Of a stretch of DNA of 64,000 bases, positions 1-9,029 are shown piece after piece. How positions within the stretch are numbered: the first letter of the stretch is position 1; each line of letters begins with the position of its first letter. A program made the translations under genes and the position numbers. The notes below the pieces were generated by a model, which saw nothing but the letters and a program-made list of their open reading frames with translations, had not been told where the DNA came from and did not search any database. Source of the DNA: a virus; IMG/VR virus record IMGVR_UViG_3300020455_000014, positions 3,275 to 67,274 of that record, one strand, 5' to 3'.

Positions 1-125
1 CCGCAAGTAATGATGCTGCAGTGATAGTATTAGATTTTGGTAGTGATAAGTCTTCTAGTTCTGGTGATTTTAAAGTTGTATTCCCTACCGCAGCTGCAGG
101 AAGTGCTATAATAAGGATTGCTTAA
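1..125 (+). CDS. 3' end of a virion structural protein (partial, runs off the window start)
   Basis: Open frame ...AVIVLDFGSDKSSSSGDFKVVFPTAAAGSAIIRIA* ends at TAA 123-125, overlapping the next ATG; lies in the tail module. Confidence 0.6.
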   Translation, partial: ASNDAAVIVLDFGSDKSSSSGDFKVVFPTAAAGSAIIRIA

Positions 126-481
126 TGTCTAAACTAGGTAACAGAATCAAAGTTGGTGTTTCTGCTATACCTGGTGGTGCACAAGGTACTCTTACTTTAG
201 GTAACCCCGAAGATGGTTTCTTTGACTTTACAGAAGGTGGTATATTAGATCAAAACACTGTTAGATATGTTATTGAAGAAGGTAATGATTTTGAGATAGG
301 AATCGGAAAATTTACAGCTTCAGGAACTACTCTATCAAGAGATACTGTAGAACAAAGTTTAATAAGTGGTTCAGCAGGAACTACAAAAATTAACGCATCA
401 ACTAATTCTGTTGTATTTGTAACAGCTACTTCAAGAAACTTTTCTTACCAAACAGCTATGACTTTGATATATGGGGTATAA
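125..481 (+). CDS. Virion tail/fibre-base protein with C-terminal AMxxxxG motif
   Basis: 118 aa, TAATG coupling; EIGIGKF...TLSRDTV pattern typical of phage fibre N-terminal domains; ends TAMTLIYGV. Confidence 0.6.
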   Translation: MSKLGNRIKVGVSAIPGGAQGTLTLGNPEDGFFDFTEGGILDQNTVRYVIEEGNDFEIGIGKFTASGTTLSRDTVEQSLISGSAGTTKINASTNSVVFVTATSRNFSYQTAMTLIYGV

Positions 482-483
482 AG

Positions 484-708
484 ATGACTTACAAAGTATC
501 AGTTACTGTAGATATAGATGATGAAGATAAACTAGGAGAGGCAGCTGTAGCTAAATTAAAAGCAGGTGGAAAGTCTGATTCTGAAGCAAAAGAAATGGTA
601 TATGATGGTGATCTTGTACAACCGCTTAAAGCTTTACCTGTCATGACAGACTATTGGGCAGGATGGGCAGGGTGTACAATAAATAAAACAGAAATAGAGG
701 ATATATAA
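484..708 (+). CDS. Hypothetical protein
   Basis: 74 aa ORF tightly packed between structural genes. Confidence 0.55.
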   Translation: MTYKVSVTVDIDDEDKLGEAAVAKLKAGGKSDSEAKEMVYDGDLVQPLKALPVMTDYWAGWAGCTINKTEIEDI

Positions 709-1068
709 ATGCCAGTAAATATAGCAGCTGCAACTTCGATTGTAGGAAAAACAAAAGTATTTCAAATGAATACTACTTCTTTAGATGAAGCATTAGATAA
801 CCAATCTGCAACAGAATTAGTTAAAATAAATAGCGTTGTTATTACTAATCTTGCTAATGCTGATGCTGATGTTTCAGGGACTATATCAGACGCAAGTGGA
901 GGATCAGATGTAATAATTGCTCATTTAATTACAGTACCTGCAAAAACTAATTTAGTCCTTATTTCAGCAGATATGAGAATTTACTTAGAAGAAAATAAAG
1001 CTATTAATTTACAAGCATCAGTTGCTAATCGGTTAGGTTATTGTATAAGCTATGAGGTTATATCATAG
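709..1068 (+). CDS. Small beta-rich tail adaptor protein (paralogue family A)
   Basis: 119 aa, GAGG RBS; KINSVVITN...ISYEVIS resembles 3866..4297 and 16096..16419. Confidence 0.6.
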   Translation: MPVNIAAATSIVGKTKVFQMNTTSLDEALDNQSATELVKINSVVITNLANADADVSGTISDASGGSDVIIAHLITVPAKTNLVLISADMRIYLEENKAINLQASVANRLGYCISYEVIS

Positions 1069-2085
1069 ATGAGTCAAGGTTATAGGCTTAATGGTGGGGT
1101 AATTGGTTTTACTAACTCTTGGGAAAGCGATAAGCCAGGTGTTTGGGATGTTAAAGCTCCTTATTTAAATCTTAATACACCTCCAGTTCCTGCTGGGGAA
1201 TATTTATACACTACCACAGGTAATCATACCTTTACAGTACCAGCTAACGTAACAAGTATTTGTGTACTAGTTATTGGTGGTGGTGGAGGTGGTATGTATT
1301 GGGGTGGTAGTACTGTCGCATCTTATAGAATGAATGGTGGAGGAGGAGGTGGGTTAACTTATAAAAATAATATCAATGTTACTCCTGGTACTTACTATTC
1401 TGTAGCTGTTGGTGCTGGGGGGGTTAGAGGAGGTTACTCTTCAGGTAGTACAGCAGGTGGTACTAGTTCCTTTCAAGGGGGAGGGATTAATTTACAAGCA
1501 ACGGGGGGTAATCCTGGAAGATACAATAATACAATTTATGGTGGTTCAGGTTCTGGGGGGGATAGTAACCGAACAGGAGGAATGTCACAAGGGTATAGTT
1601 CAAGTAATTATGGTCCTGCAGGTGGTGGCGGTGCTGCTGGTTATACAGGAAATGGAGGAACTGGGGGGAATAGATATTCTGGATACGGATCTTCAGCTGG
1701 TTCAGGTGGCGGTGGCGGCGGTGGAGGATGGAGTACATCTTACTATTATTCCTTTGGTGGTGGAGGAGTAGGTATATATGGTCAAACATCAAATGGATCA
1801 GCTGGGGGTGCAAATTCTAATAGTAATGGTGGTTCTGGACATGGGAGTCCTTCTGGTGGACAAGCTGGAGGTACGAGTAGAAGTTTAGGCACTAGTTCAT
1901 TTTACGATTATTACCAAGGGGGTGGTAAATTTGGTGGTGGTGGAGGAGGTTCTTCTTCAACATATAGCGGTTATGCAGGAAATGGAGGACAAGGAGCAGT
2001 AAGAATTATTTATGGTGAAGGTCGTGCTTTTCCTAGCACAAATACTAATTTAGCTTCTAGTGCAGGAAACCAAACAATAGTGTAG
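1069..2085 (+). CDS. Glycine-rich tail fibre / receptor-binding protein
   Basis: 338 aa; FTVPANVTSICVLVIGGGGGG...GGQGAVRIIY is the glycine-rich-domain pattern of phage fibres. Confidence 0.7.
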   Translation: MSQGYRLNGGVIGFTNSWESDKPGVWDVKAPYLNLNTPPVPAGEYLYTTTGNHTFTVPANVTSICVLVIGGGGGGMYWGGSTVASYRMNGGGGGGLTYKNNINVTPGTYYSVAVGAGGVRGGYSSGSTAGGTSSFQGGGINLQATGGNPGRYNNTIYGGSGSGGDSNRTGGMSQGYSSSNYGPAGGGGAAGYTGNGGTGGNRYSGYGSSAGSGGGGGGGGWSTSYYYSFGGGGVGIYGQTSNGSAGGANSNSNGGSGHGSPSGGQAGGTSRSLGTSSFYDYYQGGGKFGGGGGGSSSTYSGYAGNGGQGAVRIIYGEGRAFPSTNTNLASSAGNQTIV

Positions 2086-2092
2086 GTAATAT

Positions 2093-3046
2093 ATGTTAGG
2101 CTTTTCTCCATTATCACAAGGTCCTGTAGGAACATCTGGTGGTGTTTCAGGAAATATAACTGTAAGTGTATCTGGTGTTGCAGCTACAGGGCAAGTAGAT
2201 AGTGTAACTCCTTCTATTCCTGTTACCTTTGTACTCTCTGGTTGGGATTTTGGTGCTTGGAACCAAAACAGTTGGGGTATAAATGATACTCTCCCAATAG
2301 CTACTGGAGCAGTAGGAAATGTAAGTCTAGAATTAGATACAACTGTAGATGTTACAGGGGTTGAAGCTAGAGGAGCCTTTGGTATTGGATGGGGAGGTGG
2401 AGCTTGGGGGGCAAATACTTGGAACTCCCAGCCAGTTACAGTAGAAACAGGTACAGGAGTATCTATAAATGTAACTGGTATCACAAGTACAGGACAAGTA
2501 GGTAATGGTACTACTGTTATTGGAGGACAGGCTGGGGAAATAAATGTATCTGGTATTGAAGCTGTAGGTGTAGTAGGTAACGTAACTCTTAGTCTTGGTA
2601 CATCAACAACTGTAAATGGAGTACAAAGCACAGGTCAAGTTGCTGGGGTAACTGTACTAGAGGGTCAAGGGGTATCAACAACTGTAAGTGGCTTGCAAAG
2701 CACAGGCCAAATTGCTAGTGTAACAGTTATTGGTAAGGCTAATGTATACCTAAATGGTGTTCAGGGTACAGGAGCTCTAAGTAGTGTATCAATAGAAATT
2801 GATAAAACAGTAAACGTAACTGGAGTTTCTGCTAGCGGATTCGCAGGAAATGTGTTAGTTTGGGGTAATATTATACCTAATCCAGGTACTGTTTGGGCAA
2901 ATATAGGTCCTAGTCAAGGTGCTGGTTACAACCCTGTAACTACAAATCAGACACCAAACTGGAATCCTATAAGCACTAGTCAAACACCAAATTATAGTGT
3001 AGTATCCACTAACCAAACACCAAACTGGAAAGATATAGCAGCATAG
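2093..3046 (+). CDS. Virion fibre/spike protein with VxVTGVxATGxVG repeats
   Basis: 317 aa; periodic beta-repeats, WG motifs, C-terminal TNQTPNW repeats. Confidence 0.65.
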   Translation: MLGFSPLSQGPVGTSGGVSGNITVSVSGVAATGQVDSVTPSIPVTFVLSGWDFGAWNQNSWGINDTLPIATGAVGNVSLELDTTVDVTGVEARGAFGIGWGGGAWGANTWNSQPVTVETGTGVSINVTGITSTGQVGNGTTVIGGQAGEINVSGIEAVGVVGNVTLSLGTSTTVNGVQSTGQVAGVTVLEGQGVSTTVSGLQSTGQIASVTVIGKANVYLNGVQGTGALSSVSIEIDKTVNVTGVSASGFAGNVLVWGNIIPNPGTVWANIGPSQGAGYNPVTTNQTPNWNPISTSQTPNYSVVSTNQTPNWKDIAA

Positions 3047-3055
3047 GGATAAAAA

Positions 3056-3853
3056 ATGAGTACATATGTTAATAATTTAAGACTTGAAGAAATTGGTACT
3101 GGTGAACGTTCTGGTACTTGGGGTACAGCCACCAATACAAACCTTGAGTTGATAGGTGAAGCATTAGGTTACGGGACGGAAGCCATACCTACTAACGCTA
3201 CTACACATGATAGTATTGTTGCTGATGCTACCGCTGATGCTGCTAGGTCTATGTATATAAAATACACTGGTTCATTAAATGCTCCTTGCACAGTTACAAT
3301 TGGTCCAGACACTATGAAAAGAGTTCATATCATAGAAAATGCGACAGGTGGTAGTAATCAGAATATACTTATAAAACAGGGCAGTGGTGGTGGGGCATCT
3401 GTTACAATCCCTAGCGGTGCAACTAAAATTGTTTATTTGGATGGAGGTGGTTCTGGAGCCATTGTAACAGACGCATTAGCTTCAGTAAAAATAGATACTA
3501 CTGGTGCTATAACTGCAAGTGGAGCTGCTGGTGTTATAACAGGTACTACTATTGAAGCTACAGGTGATACTTCAGCAAGTGATAATGCTGCCATGGGTTA
3601 TACAGCTACAGCAGGGTTGATTTTAACAGGAGATGGTTCTAGTAATGATGTTACAATCAGAAATAATGCAGGCGCGGATGTTATAAAACTTCCTACTGGA
3701 ACAACAGATTTTGATATTGCTGCACATAATGGTAGTAGTACAGGATTAAAGCTAGGTGGTACACTTGTTACTGCTACAGCTGCACAATTAAACGCTAGCG
3801 GAAACGCAACAACAACTGGAAAAGCCATAGCCATGGCAATTGTATTCGGATAA
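3056..3853 (+). CDS. Tail fibre base protein with C-terminal AIAMAIVFG
   Basis: 265 aa; N-terminal STY...LRLEEIGTGERSGTWGTATNTNL typical of podovirus-type fibre anchors. Confidence 0.65.
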   Translation: MSTYVNNLRLEEIGTGERSGTWGTATNTNLELIGEALGYGTEAIPTNATTHDSIVADATADAARSMYIKYTGSLNAPCTVTIGPDTMKRVHIIENATGGSNQNILIKQGSGGGASVTIPSGATKIVYLDGGGSGAIVTDALASVKIDTTGAITASGAAGVITGTTIEATGDTSASDNAAMGYTATAGLILTGDGSSNDVTIRNNAGADVIKLPTGTTDFDIAAHNGSSTGLKLGGTLVTATAAQLNASGNATTTGKAIAMAIVFG

Positions 3854-3865
3854 AGGAGATATAAT

Positions 3866-4297
3866 ATGGCTCAACCAAATATAGTAGGTGTAACAAGGAT
3901 ATATGGTCAGTCGATAGCAATGGCTTTGACCACTACAACAGCTGTTGGTACAGCTACCGATTTTGCTTTCACGGTTAAAACAGGCAATGTTTTAAAAGTA
4001 AATAATATTATATGTTCTAATATACATGCTTCAAATGCTGGAACTCTAGATATTTTTATTGAACAGGTAAATGTAGATACTTCTGTAGCAAACGAAGGAC
4101 CTTTTACTGAAAATAAAACAATACCTACGGGAGCTATGTACCTTGTAGAAGGTGTGTCTGTAGCTACAGGTTCTTCTTTAGTAGTTTTAGATCACCCTTT
4201 ATATTTAAGAGAGGGAGTTAAATTCAAAGCCAAGGCTAACGCGGCTTCTACTTTACAGTTAATTATGTCTTATGAGATTATAAATACCATTGCCTAG
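3866..4297 (+). CDS. Small beta-rich tail adaptor protein (paralogue family A)
   Basis: 143 aa, AAGGAG RBS; KVNNIICSN...MSYEII motif shared with 709..1068. Confidence 0.6.
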   Translation: MAQPNIVGVTRIYGQSIAMALTTTTAVGTATDFAFTVKTGNVLKVNNIICSNIHASNAGTLDIFIEQVNVDTSVANEGPFTENKTIPTGAMYLVEGVSVATGSSLVVLDHPLYLREGVKFKAKANAASTLQLIMSYEIINTIA

Positions 4298-4308
4298 GAG
4301 TATTTATT

Positions 4309-6936
4309 TTGAAAGTTATCGGCAACGAAGATCAAGACGGGAAATTTGTAGCTACAGCTAGTGGGACATTGTCTAACGGTGCTGTTGTTACTATAAATAG
4401 TGCAGGTACAGTATCTGTTATTTCTGATACAAACCAATTATTAGGAGATTCGGTTGATCCTTCAGGTTCTGGAAGCGCGCCATCTCATACTTCAGTAACT
4501 TATGACCCTGATACTGATAGATATATTTTATTTTATAACGATGGTGGTAATAATTCTTATGGTACAGCTGTTGTTGGACAAGTAGATGGAACAACTATTA
4601 CTTTTGGAACTCCTGTAGTTTTTATTACTGGTGTAACATACTACAACAGTTGTGACTATGATACAAATCAAAACAAGGTGGTAAATGCTTACCAGAATAT
4701 GAGTAGTAATGGTTGGGGGTACGTAATTACAGGTACAGTAAATGCAAGTGATAATTCTATATCTTTTGCTACACCTGTTGCGTTTGAAAGCGCAAGTGTA
4801 TCAATTCAAGCTTCACACATTTACCTTCATTTTGTATCTGGCCAAAATAAGATAGTTATTGGTTATAAAGAAGTTACATCTAATAGCTATGATGGTTGGG
4901 GAATAGCAGGGGAAGTTCAGGCAAATGGAAGTGTAACTTTTGGGACTCGTCAACAATTTTTAAATAATACTGGTAATGATTTATACCTTGCAGTTAATAG
5001 TGAAGGTAATAGAATTATATTTGCTTATAGTTATGGTAATACGGGAGTAGTTAGATGTGCAGAGCTTAGTGGTACTAGTCTAGCTATGAACTCATCACAA
5101 GTCCAATTTATGACTAGTATGGTAACCAATATTGATGTAACTTTTGATAGTAATAGAACTCGACATATTATCGCTTTTAGAAAAAATGATAGTTATGGGT
5201 ATGTAATATCAACAAGTGGGTTAACAGGATCTGGTAGTAGTGTAACTACCACTTTTCCAATGCCTGCTGTAGCTTTTACTGGAAATGCTACTGACCAAAT
5301 AAGTATTTCATATAACCCCGATGTAAGACGTTGCTTTATAGGCTTTAGAGATAGTAGCAATAACCTACAAGTTAGACAAATAAAACTATATATTTATAGT
5401 GGTAATCCAGTTATAAGGCTTGACTACGATCAGGTCCAATCAAATGCTAATAACATCGAAATACAATCAGCAGGAGATGATTATACCTCAAATTATGGGG
5501 GAGGAAAAATTTGTACTCTTTATAGAAGTAGCAATGAAAGTAGCGCAGTCAGGTCTAGAATCCTTCAACCTGAAGATAAAAAAATATTCCCAAGCCCTAA
5601 CACAATTATTGGTAGTGGTATAAGCCAATCCTATTATACTATGACTTATGATACTACTAACAAAAGATTAGTTTACGCATATAGAAATACTTCTACTAAT
5701 AAAGGTATGGCAGTAGTTGCTACGCATGTAGGAGGAACTTCTGGTATTACTAGTGTTGGAACCCCTGTACAATTTTCTAATAATCAAACGGCAGATATGG
5801 CTATGACTTTTCACCCTGAACAAAATAGGGTGATAATTTGTTTTAAAGATAATGGTGATTCTGGAAAATTTAAAGTTGTAGCAGGATCTGTTGACAAAGA
5901 CAATAATTCTATAAGTTTTGGGAGTGTCGTACAACTTTCAAACGGGGCAAGTTTTTTTGGTGCTTGTTGCTATGTACCTACAATGAATAGAATCTTTGCT
6001 TGTTGGAGAGATGAAAATAACTCTTCAAAGCTTTATGGTACTAGTATTAATGTAAGTGGTACAACTTGTAGTATTGCTAGTATACAACAAGTAGTTAATT
6101 ACCAATCAGATGCTTTTAATGTGGCTTATAATTCAGTAGCAGACAGAGTAGTTATAAGTTTTCAAGACGCTAATAATTACCCTACGCTAATAGCAGGAAC
6201 CCCTGACCGAGATAACGCGGCTGTAGTATTTGGCACTCCTGTAATTGTTGCGGGTGTAGTGTCTAGTGGTAATAATTTATGTTATGATAGTACGAATGAT
6301 AGAATTATAGTAACTTATACTGATGACAGTGCTTCTGAAGGAAAAGTAGCGGTAGCTAGCCAATCCCAATCAAACTTTACTTTGGGAGCCATAAATAGGT
6401 TTAGATCTGGTACTGGTTTTTATAACCAAGTTGTACATGATCCAGATTCAAATAAAATTATATTTCTTACATCTGATAATAGTAATTTTATGAGGTATAA
6501 TATAGGAACAATAAATGCTGTAGCAAATACTATTAGCATTACTGAATCAGATAATAGTAGTGGCAATGGATTTAATTTTGCTTGTGATTATCAACAGGGA
6601 GCTGCAAATGTTACTAGTAGTATAGTTTATAATCCAGATAAAAAAGCAACCGTATTTTCTTGGGAATCAGGTGGTGCAGGAAAAACATCAATACTTACTG
6701 TGGGGGCTTCTAGTTTAAAAGCTAATAATGTTATAGGTATTTCTGATGGGGATCATGCAGATACCACTAACGCTACAGTTAACCTTGCTAATAGCATTAG
6801 CCGAAATCGAACAGGAATTACAGCTGGACAAACTCATTTTGTATTGTCAGATGGATCAATAAGTACAACAGCTGGAGACCCTTCAGTTCCAGTAGGAACA
6901 GGAATATCAACCACAGAACTAATTATAGAAGGATAG
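4309..6936 (+). CDS. Adhesin / receptor-binding protein 1 (beta-propeller-like repeats)
   Basis: 875 aa, TTG start with AGGAG RBS; repeats YDxxxxR/KxVxxY...ISFGTPVxF; termini shared with the next two large ORFs. Confidence 0.65.
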   Translation: MKVIGNEDQDGKFVATASGTLSNGAVVTINSAGTVSVISDTNQLLGDSVDPSGSGSAPSHTSVTYDPDTDRYILFYNDGGNNSYGTAVVGQVDGTTITFGTPVVFITGVTYYNSCDYDTNQNKVVNAYQNMSSNGWGYVITGTVNASDNSISFATPVAFESASVSIQASHIYLHFVSGQNKIVIGYKEVTSNSYDGWGIAGEVQANGSVTFGTRQQFLNNTGNDLYLAVNSEGNRIIFAYSYGNTGVVRCAELSGTSLAMNSSQVQFMTSMVTNIDVTFDSNRTRHIIAFRKNDSYGYVISTSGLTGSGSSVTTTFPMPAVAFTGNATDQISISYNPDVRRCFIGFRDSSNNLQVRQIKLYIYSGNPVIRLDYDQVQSNANNIEIQSAGDDYTSNYGGGKICTLYRSSNESSAVRSRILQPEDKKIFPSPNTIIGSGISQSYYTMTYDTTNKRLVYAYRNTSTNKGMAVVATHVGGTSGITSVGTPVQFSNNQTADMAMTFHPEQNRVIICFKDNGDSGKFKVVAGSVDKDNNSISFGSVVQLSNGASFFGACCYVPTMNRIFACWRDENNSSKLYGTSINVSGTTCSIASIQQVVNYQSDAFNVAYNSVADRVVISFQDANNYPTLIAGTPDRDNAAVVFGTPVIVAGVVSSGNNLCYDSTNDRIIVTYTDDSASEGKVAVASQSQSNFTLGAINRFRSGTGFYNQVVHDPDSNKIIFLTSDNSNFMRYNIGTINAVANTISITESDNSSGNGFNFACDYQQGAANVTSSIVYNPDKKATVFSWESGGAGKTSILTVGASSLKANNVIGISDGDHADTTNATVNLANSISRNRTGITAGQTHFVLSDGSISTTAGDPSVPVGTGISTTELIIEG

Positions 6937-6939
6937 AAT

Positions 6940-7200
6940 ATGAAAACAATAGTTCACAAAGATAATAAAGAATCTAAGTATTTACTTGAAGATTCAAAAC
7001 CCGTCATAATAGCATCACATCAAATAACAGTAGGGAGTAACCCCGTTGATTTTTATGTAGCAGATATGAACTCTTCTAATGCTATATTATATGAAAATGT
7101 AACAAATGCTCCTTCTGATTGGACAGGGTGTAAATACTTATTTGATGGAAAAGTATGGACTAAAAATTCTAAATATGTAGAACCTAAAAAAGATAGTTAA
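6940..7200 (+). CDS. Small fibre-associated protein (possible assembly chaperone)
   Basis: 86 aa between adhesin genes; PSDWTGCKYLFDGKVW pattern. Confidence 0.5.
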   Translation: MKTIVHKDNKESKYLLEDSKPVIIASHQITVGSNPVDFYVADMNSSNAILYENVTNAPSDWTGCKYLFDGKVWTKNSKYVEPKKDS

Positions 7201-7202
7201 TC

Positions 7203-9026
7203 ATGCGTACTATAGGAAACGACCTTTCAGCTAAAAAACAAAATAATTTTATAGCTAGTGGCACATTGGATAACGGTGCATCTGTTATTGTTAACGCTGA
7301 TGGAACCGTTTCTTCTGTCGTACAAACTGCGTTCACATCAGCTGATGGTAATGTTACAGAGAATTCTAGTGTATCTGGTTCTTATGATTTTACAGCTTGT
7401 TATGATAGCACAAATAAAAGAGTAGTCGCTTTCTATAATAGAAGTGATTCTTTAGTAGCACAAGTTGGTTCAATATCTGGTACAACTATAACTTTTCTCC
7501 AGGAAAATGTAATCACATATAGTACTCCAGCGGAGATGAATTGCTTTTTTATACCACCAACCGCGTCAAGAAATGCTAAAATAGGTTTAGTATATAGACT
7601 TACTTCAGGAAGTACGGGTATTAAATGTAACATATGTGAAATAACTGATGGGACAGGTACTCTTTCGTATATAAATACTAGTAGTTCTACGAATATTACT
7701 AGTAATGGTAGATATCCCAGAGCTGCTTATGATCCAGACAATGATCTAGTTGTAATTATGTACAGAAACCAATCTAATGGTAACTGTGTTGCTCTTTCAT
7801 GTAATTTTACTGGGACTGGTTTAAGCACAGCTGTAACTGTACCTGGTTCTGAACAAACTATTAAAAATCAATTTCTTAGTTCTGATGCAGGAAAATTTTT
7901 TATAACTTATGATACTAATGCCAACAGATTTGTTTTTATTTATTTTGATGGTTCTACAGGTTATCCCCGCTCTAAAGTTGGTTTTGTAAATACTCCCGCT
8001 AGTGGTGCTATGACAATGGGGAGTGAAGTAACTATTGAGTCTTCAGCAATGTCAGGGCCTTATTATGGTAATATAATTTATGACCCAGATCAAAAGAAAG
8101 TAATATTATTATATAGAACTAGTGGTGGTGGAGGTAAAATCATAGCAGGAACTGTATCAGGAACTTCAATTACGTGGGGGACAGCTGTAGCTGTTGATGG
8201 TAGTATGACTACAGCTAACTTAGTATATGATTCACAAGCAAAAAAAGTTTTAGTTCTCTACATGAATACCAGTAATAATTATGGCAGAATCCGTGAAGTT
8301 ACAGTAAATGGGACTACTTTGACAGTAGGATCAGAAAGTGTTCCTCTTTCCCAAGATCTTTCAACGACTACACAATTTGGCCTAGCTCATGATTCTGACC
8401 AGAACGTTAATTATGTTACCTTTAGAAAAAGTAGTTCTGGTGGTAGATTTGCGGCTATGTGTATACGGCTTGCTCATCTTAGTGAGAATCTTACTTCTGA
8501 AAATTTTATAGGTATGCCCGAATCTCGTGTAGCAAATTCAGCTACGGCAACTGTAAAAACACAAGGAGCAATAGCAAAAAATGCTTTTAATAATGGTTAT
8601 GTTATTACAGTGCAAAATGTATCAGGAAACAATAAGTATTTTATAGATGGAGTACAACAAGACACCCTAACTCTTTACAGAGGAAATACTTACTTCTTTG
8701 ATTGGTCTGCAGCTTCAACACATCCATTTAGTTTTTCAACTACATCAGATGGAACACATAACAGTGGGAGCGAATATACAACAGGAGTTACAAAAGATAA
8801 TAGTGCTTATACAACGTCAATAACAGTTGATTCAAGTGCTCCTAATACTTTGTACTATTATTGTAGTGCTCATAGTGGTATGGGTGGTAGTGCAACTATA
8901 TCAAATGTAATTCCAGGAAGAACCTACTATGTCCAAAAAAATGGAATATTAAAAACTACTGCTGATACACCTAGTGTTGTAGCAGGAACTGCTTTATCAA
9001 CTACAGAACTAATTGTAAAAGGGTAG
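7203..9026 (+). CDS. Adhesin / receptor-binding protein 2 with inserted cupredoxin-like domain
   Basis: 607 aa; same termini and repeats as its paralogues; HPF...YYYCSAHSGMGG insertion near the C-terminus. Confidence 0.65.
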   Translation: MRTIGNDLSAKKQNNFIASGTLDNGASVIVNADGTVSSVVQTAFTSADGNVTENSSVSGSYDFTACYDSTNKRVVAFYNRSDSLVAQVGSISGTTITFLQENVITYSTPAEMNCFFIPPTASRNAKIGLVYRLTSGSTGIKCNICEITDGTGTLSYINTSSSTNITSNGRYPRAAYDPDNDLVVIMYRNQSNGNCVALSCNFTGTGLSTAVTVPGSEQTIKNQFLSSDAGKFFITYDTNANRFVFIYFDGSTGYPRSKVGFVNTPASGAMTMGSEVTIESSAMSGPYYGNIIYDPDQKKVILLYRTSGGGGKIIAGTVSGTSITWGTAVAVDGSMTTANLVYDSQAKKVLVLYMNTSNNYGRIREVTVNGTTLTVGSESVPLSQDLSTTTQFGLAHDSDQNVNYVTFRKSSSGGRFAAMCIRLAHLSENLTSENFIGMPESRVANSATATVKTQGAIAKNAFNNGYVITVQNVSGNNKYFIDGVQQDTLTLYRGNTYFFDWSAASTHPFSFSTTSDGTHNSGSEYTTGVTKDNSAYTTSITVDSSAPNTLYYYCSAHSGMGGSATISNVIPGRTYYVQKNGILKTTADTPSVVAGTALSTTELIVKG

Positions 9027-9029
9027 TAA

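Noticed and set aside
1069-2085. Collagen-like fibre
   Set aside because: Glycine runs are GGG-type, not Gly-X-Y periodic.
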